A stretch of DNA of 57,892 bases from Minisyncoccota bacterium (GCA_022842585.1 JALHPI010000002.1:1-57892); one strand, 5' to 3'. Shown: positions 44,079-53,158, numbered from the stretch's first letter. Notes: a model not told the origin generated them from the letters alone. A program made the numbers and translations.

Positions 44079-44725
44079 ATCGTCAATGCCCACCGCTCCA
44101 ACCCTTCCTTCAGCCCCAACTCCCCTCCCCGTGAATCGCTCAATAATTCCACAAGCTCAACAGAAAGCTTTCGTGCGCCATCCTTCCCCCACGCCCTGTT
44201 CCCTTTCTGCATCATGTCACGCGCCTTCCAGTGGAGAAGGCCATGCACCGCTTCGGGCGCATCCCCCTGCCGAAGCGCCTTCGCCACTTCTTTCCAGAGC
44301 GCTTCCCTATTCTTATTACCAAGCGCATCCACTAAGGAAGAGTTGAAACCGCGCGCCTCTTTCTTTTCTGTCGCGTCTATCTTAAATACTTTTTCCGCTT
44401 TCGCTTCAAGTTTCTTCGCGCGCGCCGCAAGAAGCTTCGGGGCGAGTATGCCGATAGGGTTTGCGGACTCCGCGAGCATATCTAGATGCTCGAGCACTAT
44501 TTCTCCCGCATCTTTCACATCAAACGGGTCATCTAGAAGTACGAGCGTCTTGGTATAGAAAAGGCCCTGGGTGCCAACCGCTTCAAGAAGTGATTGCTTC
44601 GTGATGGCGTCCGCGCCAAGCCGAATATAGGCTGCGTCCGGCTGTTTTGCTCGTGCGGCCGCTATCCACTGGAATGCTTTCGCCCGAGCCTTCGCACTAT
44701 CGGTTCCGTGAAAAAGATAAATCAC
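44075..44725 (-). CDS. holA: DNA polymerase III delta subunit (HolA-like)
   Basis: IYLFHGTD..., LLEAVGTQGLFYTKTLVLL pattern. Start placed at GTG 44725, because the longer ORF (to 44851) overlaps a well-signalled small gene and a terminator. Confidence 0.7.
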   Translation of the reverse strand: MIYLFHGTDSAKARAKAFQWIAAARAKQPDAAYIRLGADAITKQSLLEAVGTQGLFYTKTLVLLDDPFDVKDAGEIVLEHLDMLAESANPIGILAPKLLAARAKKLEAKAEKVFKIDATEKKEARGFNSSLVDALGNKNREALWKEVAKALRQGDAPEAVHGLLHWKARDMMQKGNRAWGKDGARKLSVELVELLSDSRGGELGLKEGLERWALTI

Positions 44726-44787
44726 TACCCCATTGTACTCTCGTATGGAAAACAAGGGGAGGCGTCCCGAGGGGCGCCTCCTACGTG

Positions 44788-44940
44788 CTAGAACCAGTTT
44801 TTGGACATCATCTCCACGAGCGCACTGATTCCTGAAATCACTCCCCACCATACCAATCCGCAGTAGGTGAGTACAAGAATGCAGAAACAGAGCTTTCCGT
44901 AGTCAATGTGCCCATTCTGGGCAGGTGCTTGTTTCGCCAT
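44788..44940 (-). CDS. Small membrane peptide (50 aa), not in the ORF track
   Basis: GGGAGGA RBS 5 nt before the ATG. MAKQAPAQNGHIDYGKLCFCILVLTYCGLVWWGVISGISALVEMMSKNWF. Followed by a GGAGGCGCCCC/GGGACGCCTCC hairpin + T-rich tract. Confidence 0.5.
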   Translation of the reverse strand: MAKQAPAQNGHIDYGKLCFCILVLTYCGLVWWGVISGISALVEMMSKNWF

Positions 44941-44977
44941 GGTTTCCTCCCTTGGCTTATCCGCACTATATACCTTC

Positions 44978-47371
44978 CTATAGTTTCTGCATCTCTCCCC
45001 AGTTTTGCCCCACGCGCGCTTCCGCGATGACCGGTACAGTATTCGCCTCTTTTTCGGTCAAAATAGTTTCCATTAGGTGCTCTATTTTTGGTGCGAGCTC
45101 CGCTACGCGCTCGTTTTTTATTTCATACACGAGTTCGTCGTGCACCTGAAGCAAGAGGTACGCATCCTGAAGTGCGTTTTCTGTTTCAAGCATCGCTTCT
45201 ATCTTCACCATCGCGAGCTTGATGATGTCGGACTGCGTTCCTTGTATCGGCGCGTTTATCGCCATACGCTCCGCCTGTGAGCGCACATACGGCAGGGGCG
45301 ACTTCATCTCCGGGAACTGGCGACGGCGCCCAAACAAGGTCTCGGTATACCCGTTTTTTCGCGCAAATCCCTTCGTACTTTCAAGATACTGTGCGAGCGT
45401 TGCAAACGTACTGAAATAGTCATCATAAAACTGGTGCGCTTCCGCGGTCGTAGTACCCAAGGAAGCGCGAAGCGAATTCACACCCATGCCGTAGAGGATG
45501 CCGAAGTTTATGGCCTTAGCTTTTCGGCGCATTTCAGCATCCACGTTTTGAGGTGCGACTTTGAAGACACGCGCGGCAACTTCAGTATGTACGTCGCGTC
45601 CGCTCCGGAATATCTCGCAGAGCTTTTCGTCTTTGGAGAGAATGGCCGCAAGCCGCAGCTCTATCTGCGAGTAGTCGAGCGCGACCAAGGTCGAGCCTTT
45701 GGGCGCGATGAATGCGTTGCGGATGAGGCGCCCGCGCTCGCTTCGTATCGGAATGTTCTGCAAGTTCGGATTCTGACTTGCCATGCGCCCCGTGGTCGTA
45801 CCGCTCGCGATGAATTCCGCATGAAGGCGGTCGTCGCTATCAAGAAGCGGAGTGAGTGCTTCTATATAGGTAGAGAGGAGCTTCTGCACTTCCCGATACT
45901 CGAGGATATCATCCACTATCGGATGGAGCTCGCGTATTTTCTCAAGCTCGCTTTCGCGGGTGGAGCGCTGACCGGTCGCGGTTTTCTTCTGTCCTTTCGC
46001 AATGAGACCAAGGTCGTCAAAGAGGATTTCGCCGAGCTGCTTCGGAGAGCTTATGTTGAACTCCTTCCCCGCCGCCCCATAGATACGCTTCTCTATGGCC
46101 TCAAGGTCGGCACGGTATTTCTTTTGAAGCGCACCGAGTGCTTTGCGGTCTATGAGTACGCCATGTTCTTCCATACGGAGCAGGACGGGCACTAGGGGCT
46201 TCTCGATATCTTTATACACTTTGTATACCTCCGGCGTTTCCTTGAGCTTCTCTTCGAGCGTCGCGTACGCCTCATCAAACGTCTTCGCTTCCCCGTATGC
46301 AAGGATGTCGTCTTCGGTCGGGTTCGTGAACTCCGAGTGCGAGAGCCACAGCAGCGCCTGCGCTTCGCGGAAACGCTGCTTCGGTATCTCTTCTTTTTCC
46401 TCCGGCGGTTCATCTTCCCCTCCCCCACTCTCCTCTTCATCGTCTGCCGACTCATCGAGCGCCGCCTGCACGCGCGGGCGAAGCGAGCGGAATCCGAGCT
46501 CATCAAACATCTTTAAAATTGCAGGTAAGGTCGTGCCGTCGTGCCATGCAGTGTCTTCGATACGAAACGCAATGGGAGCGTCACGACGAATGGTCGCGAG
46601 CATCTTCGAGAAGAGCGCGTCCTCCTCGTGCTCCTTCAGGAGGTTCACGATGCGCGGCTTGATGCCCTTGTCCAAAAGCTTCTGTTCGCTTTTCTTCAAA
46701 ACCTTGTACATATCCTCCACGCTTCCGAAGTTCGTCACGAGGTCGGTCGCGGTTTTGTCTCCTATGCCTGGGACGCCCTTGATGTTGTCTGACGGGTCGC
46801 CGCGCAGTCCCTTATAGTCGGGTATGAGTGCTGGCAAGAACCCGAAGCGTTCCATGACCGCCTTCTCGTCATAGAGAATGGTGTCGTTGAACCCTTTCTT
46901 CAACGTGTAGACGCGCACCTTTCTTCCGTCGATGAGTTGAAGCGCGTCCATATCGCCGGTCGCGATGATGATTTCAACACTCTCGTCTTTTGCGAGAAGC
47001 TCCACGATGGTGCCGAGCAGGTCGTCTGCTTCAAATCCCGCGCGGTCATACATCGGGATACCGAAAGCTTCGAATATCTTGCGCGAGCTCTGGAGCTGGG
47101 CGATAAGCGCATCATCTGTCTTCTGCCTCGTACCTTTGTATTCCGCATACGCTTCGTGTCGCACAGTCGGTTTCGGAAGGTCGTAACAGGCGGCAAGGTA
47201 CTCGGGCTCAAGGTCGTTGATGATGCGGATGAGCATCGAGGAGAGGCCATAGAGGGCGCCGGTAGGTTCTCCCGTGGAAGAGGTGAAGTCCGGGAGCGCA
47301 TGGTACGCGCGGTGGATGATGGCATGCGCATCGAGCAAGACGAGGCGCTTGGTTTCTAATTTCTTACTCAT
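44978..47371 (-). CDS. polA: DNA polymerase I
   Basis: Internal ATG MSKKLETKRLVLLDAHAIIHRAY (5' nuclease), pol motifs A/B/C (DYSQIELR, RRKAKAINFGILYG, QVHDELV). Confidence 0.95.
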   Translation of the reverse strand: MSKKLETKRLVLLDAHAIIHRAYHALPDFTSSTGEPTGALYGLSSMLIRIINDLEPEYLAACYDLPKPTVRHEAYAEYKGTRQKTDDALIAQLQSSRKIFEAFGIPMYDRAGFEADDLLGTIVELLAKDESVEIIIATGDMDALQLIDGRKVRVYTLKKGFNDTILYDEKAVMERFGFLPALIPDYKGLRGDPSDNIKGVPGIGDKTATDLVTNFGSVEDMYKVLKKSEQKLLDKGIKPRIVNLLKEHEEDALFSKMLATIRRDAPIAFRIEDTAWHDGTTLPAILKMFDELGFRSLRPRVQAALDESADDEEESGGGEDEPPEEKEEIPKQRFREAQALLWLSHSEFTNPTEDDILAYGEAKTFDEAYATLEEKLKETPEVYKVYKDIEKPLVPVLLRMEEHGVLIDRKALGALQKKYRADLEAIEKRIYGAAGKEFNISSPKQLGEILFDDLGLIAKGQKKTATGQRSTRESELEKIRELHPIVDDILEYREVQKLLSTYIEALTPLLDSDDRLHAEFIASGTTTGRMASQNPNLQNIPIRSERGRLIRNAFIAPKGSTLVALDYSQIELRLAAILSKDEKLCEIFRSGRDVHTEVAARVFKVAPQNVDAEMRRKAKAINFGILYGMGVNSLRASLGTTTAEAHQFYDDYFSTFATLAQYLESTKGFARKNGYTETLFGRRRQFPEMKSPLPYVRSQAERMAINAPIQGTQSDIIKLAMVKIEAMLETENALQDAYLLLQVHDELVYEIKNERVAELAPKIEHLMETILTEKEANTVPVIAEARVGQNWGEMQKL

Positions 47372-47807
47372 GAGTATAGGTGATGGTGCGCGAACCATCC
47401 GCTTGCGGTTCAAGGCGTATGCGAATCGCAGGCAGCGGGAGCGCATCATCCACTTGCTCCGGCCATTCTAAGATGATGAGATTTTTTTCTTCGCGCATCG
47501 CTTCATCAAAGCCGAGCGCTCCAAGCTCCTTCCCTTCCTTGAGGCGATACGCGTCGATGTGGATGAGACGGGTAAACGGCACGGACTCTCCGAGTACGTA
47601 AATCTTTTCGAGCACGAAGGTCGGGCTCGTGACCGCATCCTCCACGCCAAGCGCCTTGGCTAGCGCTTTAGTGAAGGCGGTTTTCCCCGCTCCAAGCTCG
47701 CCCGAAAGCGTGATGAGGGTCGCCGTACCGTCAGTAGGCGCAAGGGTTTTGGCGAAGTCTCTCGCTTCGGACTCAAGCTCGGACAAGGTAGGGAGATTTT
47801 TCTGCAT
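47364..47807 (-). CDS. tsaE: tRNA t6A biosynthesis protein TsaE
   Basis: LSGELGAGKTAFTKAL P-loop, HIDAYRL motif. Confidence 0.9.
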   Translation of the reverse strand: MQKNLPTLSELESEARDFAKTLAPTDGTATLITLSGELGAGKTAFTKALAKALGVEDAVTSPTFVLEKIYVLGESVPFTRLIHIDAYRLKEGKELGALGFDEAMREEKNLIILEWPEQVDDALPLPAIRIRLEPQADGSRTITYTHE

Positions 47808-47855
47808 AGGGCTATTGTAGCCTTTCGGTGTTTTTAGGCCACAAATCGGAGTGCT

Positions 47856-49544
47856 ATGATTCCTCTACATATGCCTAGCCATTTCGATACCGAGGCGGAA
47901 GACGCAAAGCTTGCGGGACTCCGCGAGAAGGAAGAAGAAGACCTCGCCCGCATCCTCTCGGACAAATACGGACTCACCTACACTGACCTATCCGTAGTTC
48001 CGGTAAACGTAGACGCGCTCCGTCTCATTCCTGAAGAGAAAGCGCGCGAAGCGGAAGTGGCCGCATTCGAAAAAACCGGAAAGAAGCTTTCCTTGGCGCT
48101 CCGCAATCCGCAGAATCCTGCACTAGCTGCCATCTATGAGGCGCTTGAGGCTCGCGGCCTTACGCTTGAGAAGTATCTTGTGTCCGGACGAAGCTTGAAG
48201 CACGCGCTCGATCGCTATGCAGACCTCTCGTATGCGCACGTTTCTACCGAAGGTGTGTTCGATATTTCAGGCGAGGACCTTGGCGACCTGAAGCGCGATT
48301 TTCATACGCTCGTCGACCTGAAGACGCACTTGGATGAGGTGCTCTCCTCGAAGAAAACTGCCCAGGTGTCGCGTGTGTTCGAAGACGTCATCGCCGCCGC
48401 CCTTTCCATGAACGCATCCGACATCCACATCGAGCCGGAAGAGCATGGTGTGCGCCTTCGCCTTCGCCTCGACGGCATGCTTCAGGATGCCTACACCTTT
48501 GAAGAAAAGACGTATCGCTCCATAGGCTCGCGCATTAAACTCCTTTCAGGATTGAAGCTGAACGTAGAGAACCGCGCGCAGGACGGACGCTTCACCATCG
48601 CGGTGCAGGGCACCGAGATTGAGGTGCGCACGTCCATCATCCCGGGAAACTACGGCGAGTCCTTCGTACTCCGCGTGCTCGACCCTTCGACCCTTACCCG
48701 CTCCTTTGAAGATATGGGCGTGAATGCGAAATTGCTCGCGCGTCTTCGCAAGGAGATAAAGCGCCCAAACGGCCTCTTGCTTACGACCGGCCCAACAGGC
48801 TCCGGTAAGACGACGACCTTGTATACGTTCCTTCGCGAACTTCATACTCCTGATACGAAAATCGTCACTATCGAAGACCCTATTGAGTACCACCTACAAG
48901 GCATCGTGCAGACCCAGACAAACGGACAGGACTACACCTTCGCTTCCGGACTCCGCTCAGTACTTCGTCAGGACCCGGACGTCATTCTCGTGGGAGAAAT
49001 CCGCGACAAGGAGGTGGCTGACGTCGCGCTCCAGGCGGCACTCACCGGACACTTCGTATTTTCCACGCTCCATACGAACAATGCCGCAGGCACCTTCCCC
49101 CGCCTCGTCGACCTCGGCGCCGACCCGAAACTATTTGCGTCCGCAGTCTCAGTCGCAATGGCACAGCGCCTCATGCGCACCCTTGATCCCGACACGAAGA
49201 AAGCGCGTCCCGCTACCGAAGAAGAAAAGAAACTTATGCAGGCGGTGATGTCTACGCTTACCGACCCGTCTCTCCTTCCCCCAAACTACGACACCGTGTA
49301 TGACGCCGTACCAAGTGAAGACGGCAGAACGGGATACAAAGGACGACTCGGCGTACACGAAGCTATCTTTATGGACGAAGAGCTCGGAGAATTTTTGCGC
49401 GACAATCCTTCCGAGGGCGACATCGCAAAGCATGCGCTCCGCCAGGGTTATCTCACGATGGCGCAGGACGGCGTACTCAAGGTGCTTGCAGGACAAACGA
49501 CACTCGAGGAACTGACCCGCGTCGTCGACTTGCCTCGAGTATGA
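47856..49544 (+). CDS. pilB: Type II/IV secretion ATPase (PilB/GspE family)
   Basis: 562 aa, Walker A TGPTGSGKTTT, Asp box, Walker B ILVGEIRD, His box. Confidence 0.92.
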   Translation: MIPLHMPSHFDTEAEDAKLAGLREKEEEDLARILSDKYGLTYTDLSVVPVNVDALRLIPEEKAREAEVAAFEKTGKKLSLALRNPQNPALAAIYEALEARGLTLEKYLVSGRSLKHALDRYADLSYAHVSTEGVFDISGEDLGDLKRDFHTLVDLKTHLDEVLSSKKTAQVSRVFEDVIAAALSMNASDIHIEPEEHGVRLRLRLDGMLQDAYTFEEKTYRSIGSRIKLLSGLKLNVENRAQDGRFTIAVQGTEIEVRTSIIPGNYGESFVLRVLDPSTLTRSFEDMGVNAKLLARLRKEIKRPNGLLLTTGPTGSGKTTTLYTFLRELHTPDTKIVTIEDPIEYHLQGIVQTQTNGQDYTFASGLRSVLRQDPDVILVGEIRDKEVADVALQAALTGHFVFSTLHTNNAAGTFPRLVDLGADPKLFASAVSVAMAQRLMRTLDPDTKKARPATEEEKKLMQAVMSTLTDPSLLPPNYDTVYDAVPSEDGRTGYKGRLGVHEAIFMDEELGEFLRDNPSEGDIAKHALRQGYLTMAQDGVLKVLAGQTTLEELTRVVDLPRV

Positions 49545-50191
49545 ATGCAGAAGTATATACTTCGCCAGAATCACCAGTAGTAGTGTTTGAACGTTTCTTT
49601 GAGAAACCAGTCGTAAAAATTTCTTGGGAGGAACTGCCCGTGGTAGTGCAGGAATATTTCGAGGTTCGAAGTAAGCTTCGAGTCTACCCAGACGACTGGA
49701 AACCGCGCAATTATCTTTCTCTTTGGAGAATTGATATGGGAGGGAACGATACTCTATATGCCGGGGAACAAAAAAAAGACACTGTCTTTGATGGAGTATT
49801 GGAAGGCAGAGAGCATTTGATTCATTGTATACGTTTTCAGGGCGACACTCGTGTCGCTGACTCCACCATAGAGAAGCTACTTGTATATAAAGACCAGAGG
49901 ACAAAAGAAATCATTCGGAATGAGGACCCCTTCCCTTTCACTGATTTCATCGGGGTTGAGCGTGATTTCCAGCGTAAAGGTCTGGCGCATGAGCAATTAC
50001 GGGCTATGAACGCGCTTTCTCATATGATTTTTAATCAACCGTTGCACAGCTCCACCTATCAGACACCAAGTGGGGAGGCAATGACAAAAAGTGCGGTTGA
50101 AAAAGGGCTGGCAATATCGTCAAAAAAATATCCTGAGCGGTTTGTCTACATAACAACCGCAACTGGGGTCGATCCTGCTACAGGTGATTAA
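49541..50191 (+). CDS. Hypothetical protein, weak GNAT-like motif
   Basis: ATGA overlap with pilB. GVERDFQRKGLAHEQLRAM resembles acetyl-CoA motif A. Lower GC. Confidence 0.45.
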   Translation: MNAEVYTSPESPVVVFERFFEKPVVKISWEELPVVVQEYFEVRSKLRVYPDDWKPRNYLSLWRIDMGGNDTLYAGEQKKDTVFDGVLEGREHLIHCIRFQGDTRVADSTIEKLLVYKDQRTKEIIRNEDPFPFTDFIGVERDFQRKGLAHEQLRAMNALSHMIFNQPLHSSTYQTPSGEAMTKSAVEKGLAISSKKYPERFVYITTATGVDPATGD

Positions 50192-50192
50192 A

Positions 50193-50220
50193 GAAAAAGC
50201 ACCCTCTCGGGTGCTTTTTC
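50193..50220 (+). terminator. Intrinsic terminator
   Basis: GAAAAAGCACCC-TCTC-GGGTGCTTTTTC. Confidence 0.85.
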
Positions 50221-50373
50221 TTAGTCTTTCGTACACACAACCCTCCAGGCCGAACAACACGCCTGAGGAGTCGACCAGCGCTCCACTCCGGAGAGTGGTA
50301 CCAGTACGGTCCTTGGGGAGTCGCCCTTAGCCGTCAAGCCTTGCCTAGAGGGTTCTATGCGCGAAAGGAACTG

Positions 50374-50543
50374 GGAACCTATCCTGAAAATAACCGCAGA
50401 AGCTTGGCCGCTACGACAGTTGTTGTCTGGCTGCGACAGGCAACGGCTCGTCTTCGTCGTATTTCAATACGTCTCAGACTCCGCCGGCCTGTCTCGCTCA
50501 CACCACAACTGCCTCGCAGGCCATTATTTTCAGGATAGGTTCC
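50374..50543 (-). repeat. Family B structured repeat, enlarged copy in inverted orientation
   Basis: 20-bp perfect inverted repeat GGAACCTATCCTGAAAATAA / TTATTTTCAGGATAGGTTCC enclosing 130 nt. The minus strand carries CTGCGAGGC and GACGTAT-TGAA-ATACGACGAAG motifs of family B. Confidence 0.65.
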
Positions 50544-50582
50544 TTCTGCAAACAAAAACGAGCCCTTCGCTCGTGTGGTAGA

Positions 50583-51608
50583 ATGCTAGCATACCCTGTA
50601 TTTATGTCAACCCCCACCCCAGAACCTAAGGATAAGGCCGTCGCTCCGGACTTAGCGCTCGACTCGACGCTCCGGCCGAACATCTGGGACGAATACGTAG
50701 GCCAAGGACACGTAAAAGCGAATGTCCGCGTAGCACTTGATGCCGCAAAGAAGCGCGGAGACATGCCCGAGCACATCCTTTTCTATGGTCCGCCTGGTGT
50801 GGGCAAGACCACGCTCGCCCACCTGGTCGCCCTCACGCTTGATGCGCCACTGAAGACGACGTCGGGTGTGGCTATCGAGCGTGCAGGCGACCTCGCCGCC
50901 ATACTCACGAACCTTGAGCCGGGCTCTGTCCTCTTTATAGATGAAATCCATAGGCTTGGTACGAAGATAGAGGAACTCCTCTACCCCGCGCTTGAAAACG
51001 GCTCGCTCGATATCATTCTTGGTAAAGGCCCGTCGGCCCGCACCGTCGAGCTCTCGCTCCCCCGCTTCACACTCGTGGGCGCTACGACACGCGTCGCGCA
51101 GATTTCAGGTCCGCTCCGCTCACGCTTTGGCGGCGGCACCTACCAGCTCGACTTCTACTCAGACGAAGACTTGCGCGCCATCATCGCGCGAAGCGCGCGT
51201 GTGCTTGGCCTCACGGTCCCGCCGTCCGTGGTCGCCATGCTCGCAGGAAGAAGCCGCGCCACCCCGCGCGTTGCAAACGCACTCCTGAAGCGCGTACGCG
51301 ACTACTCCGAAGTGCATGAGGTAGAGATGAATGAGGAGGCCTGTAACAAAGCCTGCGAGCTCTTCGGCATAGACGCGCTTGGCCTTACGAAAGACGACCG
51401 TCGCTACCTTGAGACGCTTGAGACGGGATTCAAGGGCGGGCCTGCCGGTATCCGCGCCCTCGCCTCCGCACTTCACGAAGACCCGGACACAGTGGAGAAC
51501 GTATACGAGCCCTACCTCATGCGCCTTGGATTCATCGAGCGGGGTCCGCGCGGTCGCGTGCTTACGGAAAAAGGTTCCTCGTATCTGCGAAACGGCGTTT
51601 CGTTCTAA
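50583..51608 (+). CDS. ruvB: Holliday junction DNA helicase RuvB
   Basis: LRPNIWDEYVGQ, Walker A GPPGVGKTT, Walker B LFIDEIHR. Alternative ATG at 50604. Confidence 0.95.
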   Translation: MLAYPVFMSTPTPEPKDKAVAPDLALDSTLRPNIWDEYVGQGHVKANVRVALDAAKKRGDMPEHILFYGPPGVGKTTLAHLVALTLDAPLKTTSGVAIERAGDLAAILTNLEPGSVLFIDEIHRLGTKIEELLYPALENGSLDIILGKGPSARTVELSLPRFTLVGATTRVAQISGPLRSRFGGGTYQLDFYSDEDLRAIIARSARVLGLTVPPSVVAMLAGRSRATPRVANALLKRVRDYSEVHEVEMNEEACNKACELFGIDALGLTKDDRRYLETLETGFKGGPAGIRALASALHEDPDTVENVYEPYLMRLGFIERGPRGRVLTEKGSSYLRNGVSF

Positions 51609-51633
51609 TACATAGAAAGTTTTATTAAGTGAC

Positions 51634-51752
51634 GGCCGAGCTATAAGGTTTATGTGCAAGGCGCGGAGCTAAGATTTTCGGAGACGTATTGAACATACGG
51701 CGGAGAAAATCGAGAGGCTCCGTAACGCAGCAGATAAGCCTTATAGGCGGCC
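51634..51752 (+). repeat. Family B structured repeat, copy 3
   Basis: Nested stems GGCCG/CGGCC, CTATAAGG/CCTTATAG, CGGAGC/GCTCCG, GATTTTC/GAAAATC, CGTAT/ATACG, plus motifs GTGCAAGGCGCG and TAACGCAGCAG. Confidence 0.8.
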
Positions 51753-51778
51753 TCGTAGAATTTCGATACAATGCGCAT

Positions 51779-52357
51779 ATGGCGGGACACAGTAAATGGG
51801 CTCAGATAAAGCGCGGAAAGGCGGTTACGGACGCCGCGAAAAGCCGCGCATTCTCCAAGTTCGCCCGTGAAATAACCATGGAGTCTAAGAAGGCTGCGGG
51901 AAACGTCGCCTCCCCTACTCTCGCCTCCGTCATCACGCGTGCAAAGGCCGCAAACATGCCCAAAGAAAACATTGAGCGCGCCGTCGCGAAAGGCATCTCC
52001 AAAGATTCAGGCGACCTCGAGCAGGTCGCGTATGAATTCTACGGACCAGGCGGCGTAGCACTCATCGCGCTTGCGGTGACCGATAGCAGGAACCGCTCGA
52101 CGCAGGAGATAAAAGTATTGCTCGGCAAAAAGGACTGCGAGCTTGGCACTCCGGGAAGTGCTGCGTGGGCGTTTACCAAGCTTCCTGACGGCCGTTTCAA
52201 GGCGAACGAACCGCTGATGGATATTGCGGGAGAAGACGAGGAGAAACTTTCCGACCTCCTTACGCATCTTGATGAACTCGATGATGTGCAAGAGGTGGTC
52301 ACAAACGCACGCGGATACGAAACGACCGCAGACGACGGAGATTCCTCCACGCACTAA
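51779..52357 (+). CDS. yebC: YebC/PmpR-family transcriptional regulator
   Basis: Internal ATG MAGHSKWAQIKRGKAVTDAAKS signature. Confidence 0.93.
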   Translation: MAGHSKWAQIKRGKAVTDAAKSRAFSKFAREITMESKKAAGNVASPTLASVITRAKAANMPKENIERAVAKGISKDSGDLEQVAYEFYGPGGVALIALAVTDSRNRSTQEIKVLLGKKDCELGTPGSAAWAFTKLPDGRFKANEPLMDIAGEDEEKLSDLLTHLDELDDVQEVVTNARGYETTADDGDSSTH

Positions 52358-52381
52358 ATGATATGATATATCATATCATTT
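52356..52381. repeat. Perfect 26-nt palindrome AAATGATATGATATATCATATCATTT overlapping the yebC stop, upstream of ruvC
   Basis: Shares the 20-nt core TGATATGATATATCATATCA with 20123-20144. Confidence 0.9.
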
Positions 52382-52442
52382 ATTTTCTAAGGATTGGAGA
52401 TGAGGAGAAGTTGGAGGAGCGTGGGGCGCGTAGCAAAACCGT

Positions 52443-52910
52443 ATGAGGGTGCTCGCGATAGATCCGGGGTTTGATCGTCTCGGCATGGCAGTCCTTGAGG
52501 GAGACGCGAGCAAGCCGGTAGTGGTATGGAGCGACTGTGTACAACCACCCAAAGGCGACAAAGAGATGCGGCTTGCTGCAGTGACGGAAGCGGTGCGTAG
52601 CGCAATAGAAACATATGCACCCGACTGCTTTGCGCTTGAGACACTCTTCTTCAGTACGAACAAAAAGACCGCGCTCGGGGTAGCGGAGGCGCGCGGCGCA
52701 GCGCTTTCTGCGGCGGGCAAAGCAGGCGTGCGGGTATGCGAATACTCTCCGGGGACGATAAAAGTGGCGGTGACCGGAAACGGACGCGCTGATAAGAAAT
52801 CCATCGCGCAGATGATTCCGCTCCTGGTTTCGCTTTCAGTAAAAAAGCGTCTGGACGATGAGCTCGACGCTATAGCGGTCGGAATCACTGCGCTTGCCGA
52901 CCGCAGGTAG
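52443..52910 (+). CDS. ruvC: Crossover junction endodeoxyribonuclease RuvC
   Basis: MRVLAIDPGFDRLGMAV (catalytic Asp), ...DELDAIAVGI C-terminal acidic motif. Confidence 0.92.
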   Translation: MRVLAIDPGFDRLGMAVLEGDASKPVVVWSDCVQPPKGDKEMRLAAVTEAVRSAIETYAPDCFALETLFFSTNKKTALGVAEARGAALSAAGKAGVRVCEYSPGTIKVAVTGNGRADKKSIAQMIPLLVSLSVKKRLDDELDAIAVGITALADRR

Positions 52911-53022
52911 CAGATTAGCTATACACACCCGAAACCTTATCCCCTTTCAAAAGAAACCCTTGTCTGTTACATATATACGCGTTGGCACCATATGTGCCGG
53001 CATACAAGATAAATTTTATTGC

Positions 53023-53148
53023 ATGGATCACGATGATGATGAAATAAAGGAACCGACCGACCTCGATGACATGGAGGAGGACGCGCTCGACGACGATGAT
53101 GCCGTCGAACCGAAACTCGACGAAGAAGAGGAGGACAAGTGGTCATAG
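53023..53148 (+). CDS. Very acidic 41-aa peptide
   Basis: MDHDDDEIKEPTDLDDMEEDALDDDDAVEPKLDEEEEDKWS. Followed 10 nt later by a strong terminator. No clear RBS. Confidence 0.35.
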   Translation: MDHDDDEIKEPTDLDDMEEDALDDDDAVEPKLDEEEEDKWS

Positions 53149-53158
53149 AACCTTACGT

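Noticed and set aside
44726-44851. Longer holA start at 44851.
   Set aside because: The extension overlaps a small ORF that has a strong GGGAGGA RBS, and also that ORF's terminator hairpin. The conserved delta-subunit N-terminus begins at (V/M)IYLFHGTD, so the GTG at 44725 is preferred.
52356-52381. Calling the palindrome a LexA/SOS box.
   Set aside because: Only the first copy has CTG...CAG ends, and its 16-nt spacer does not fit CTGT-N8-ACAG or other LexA consensus forms I know. Kept as an unexplained palindrome instead.
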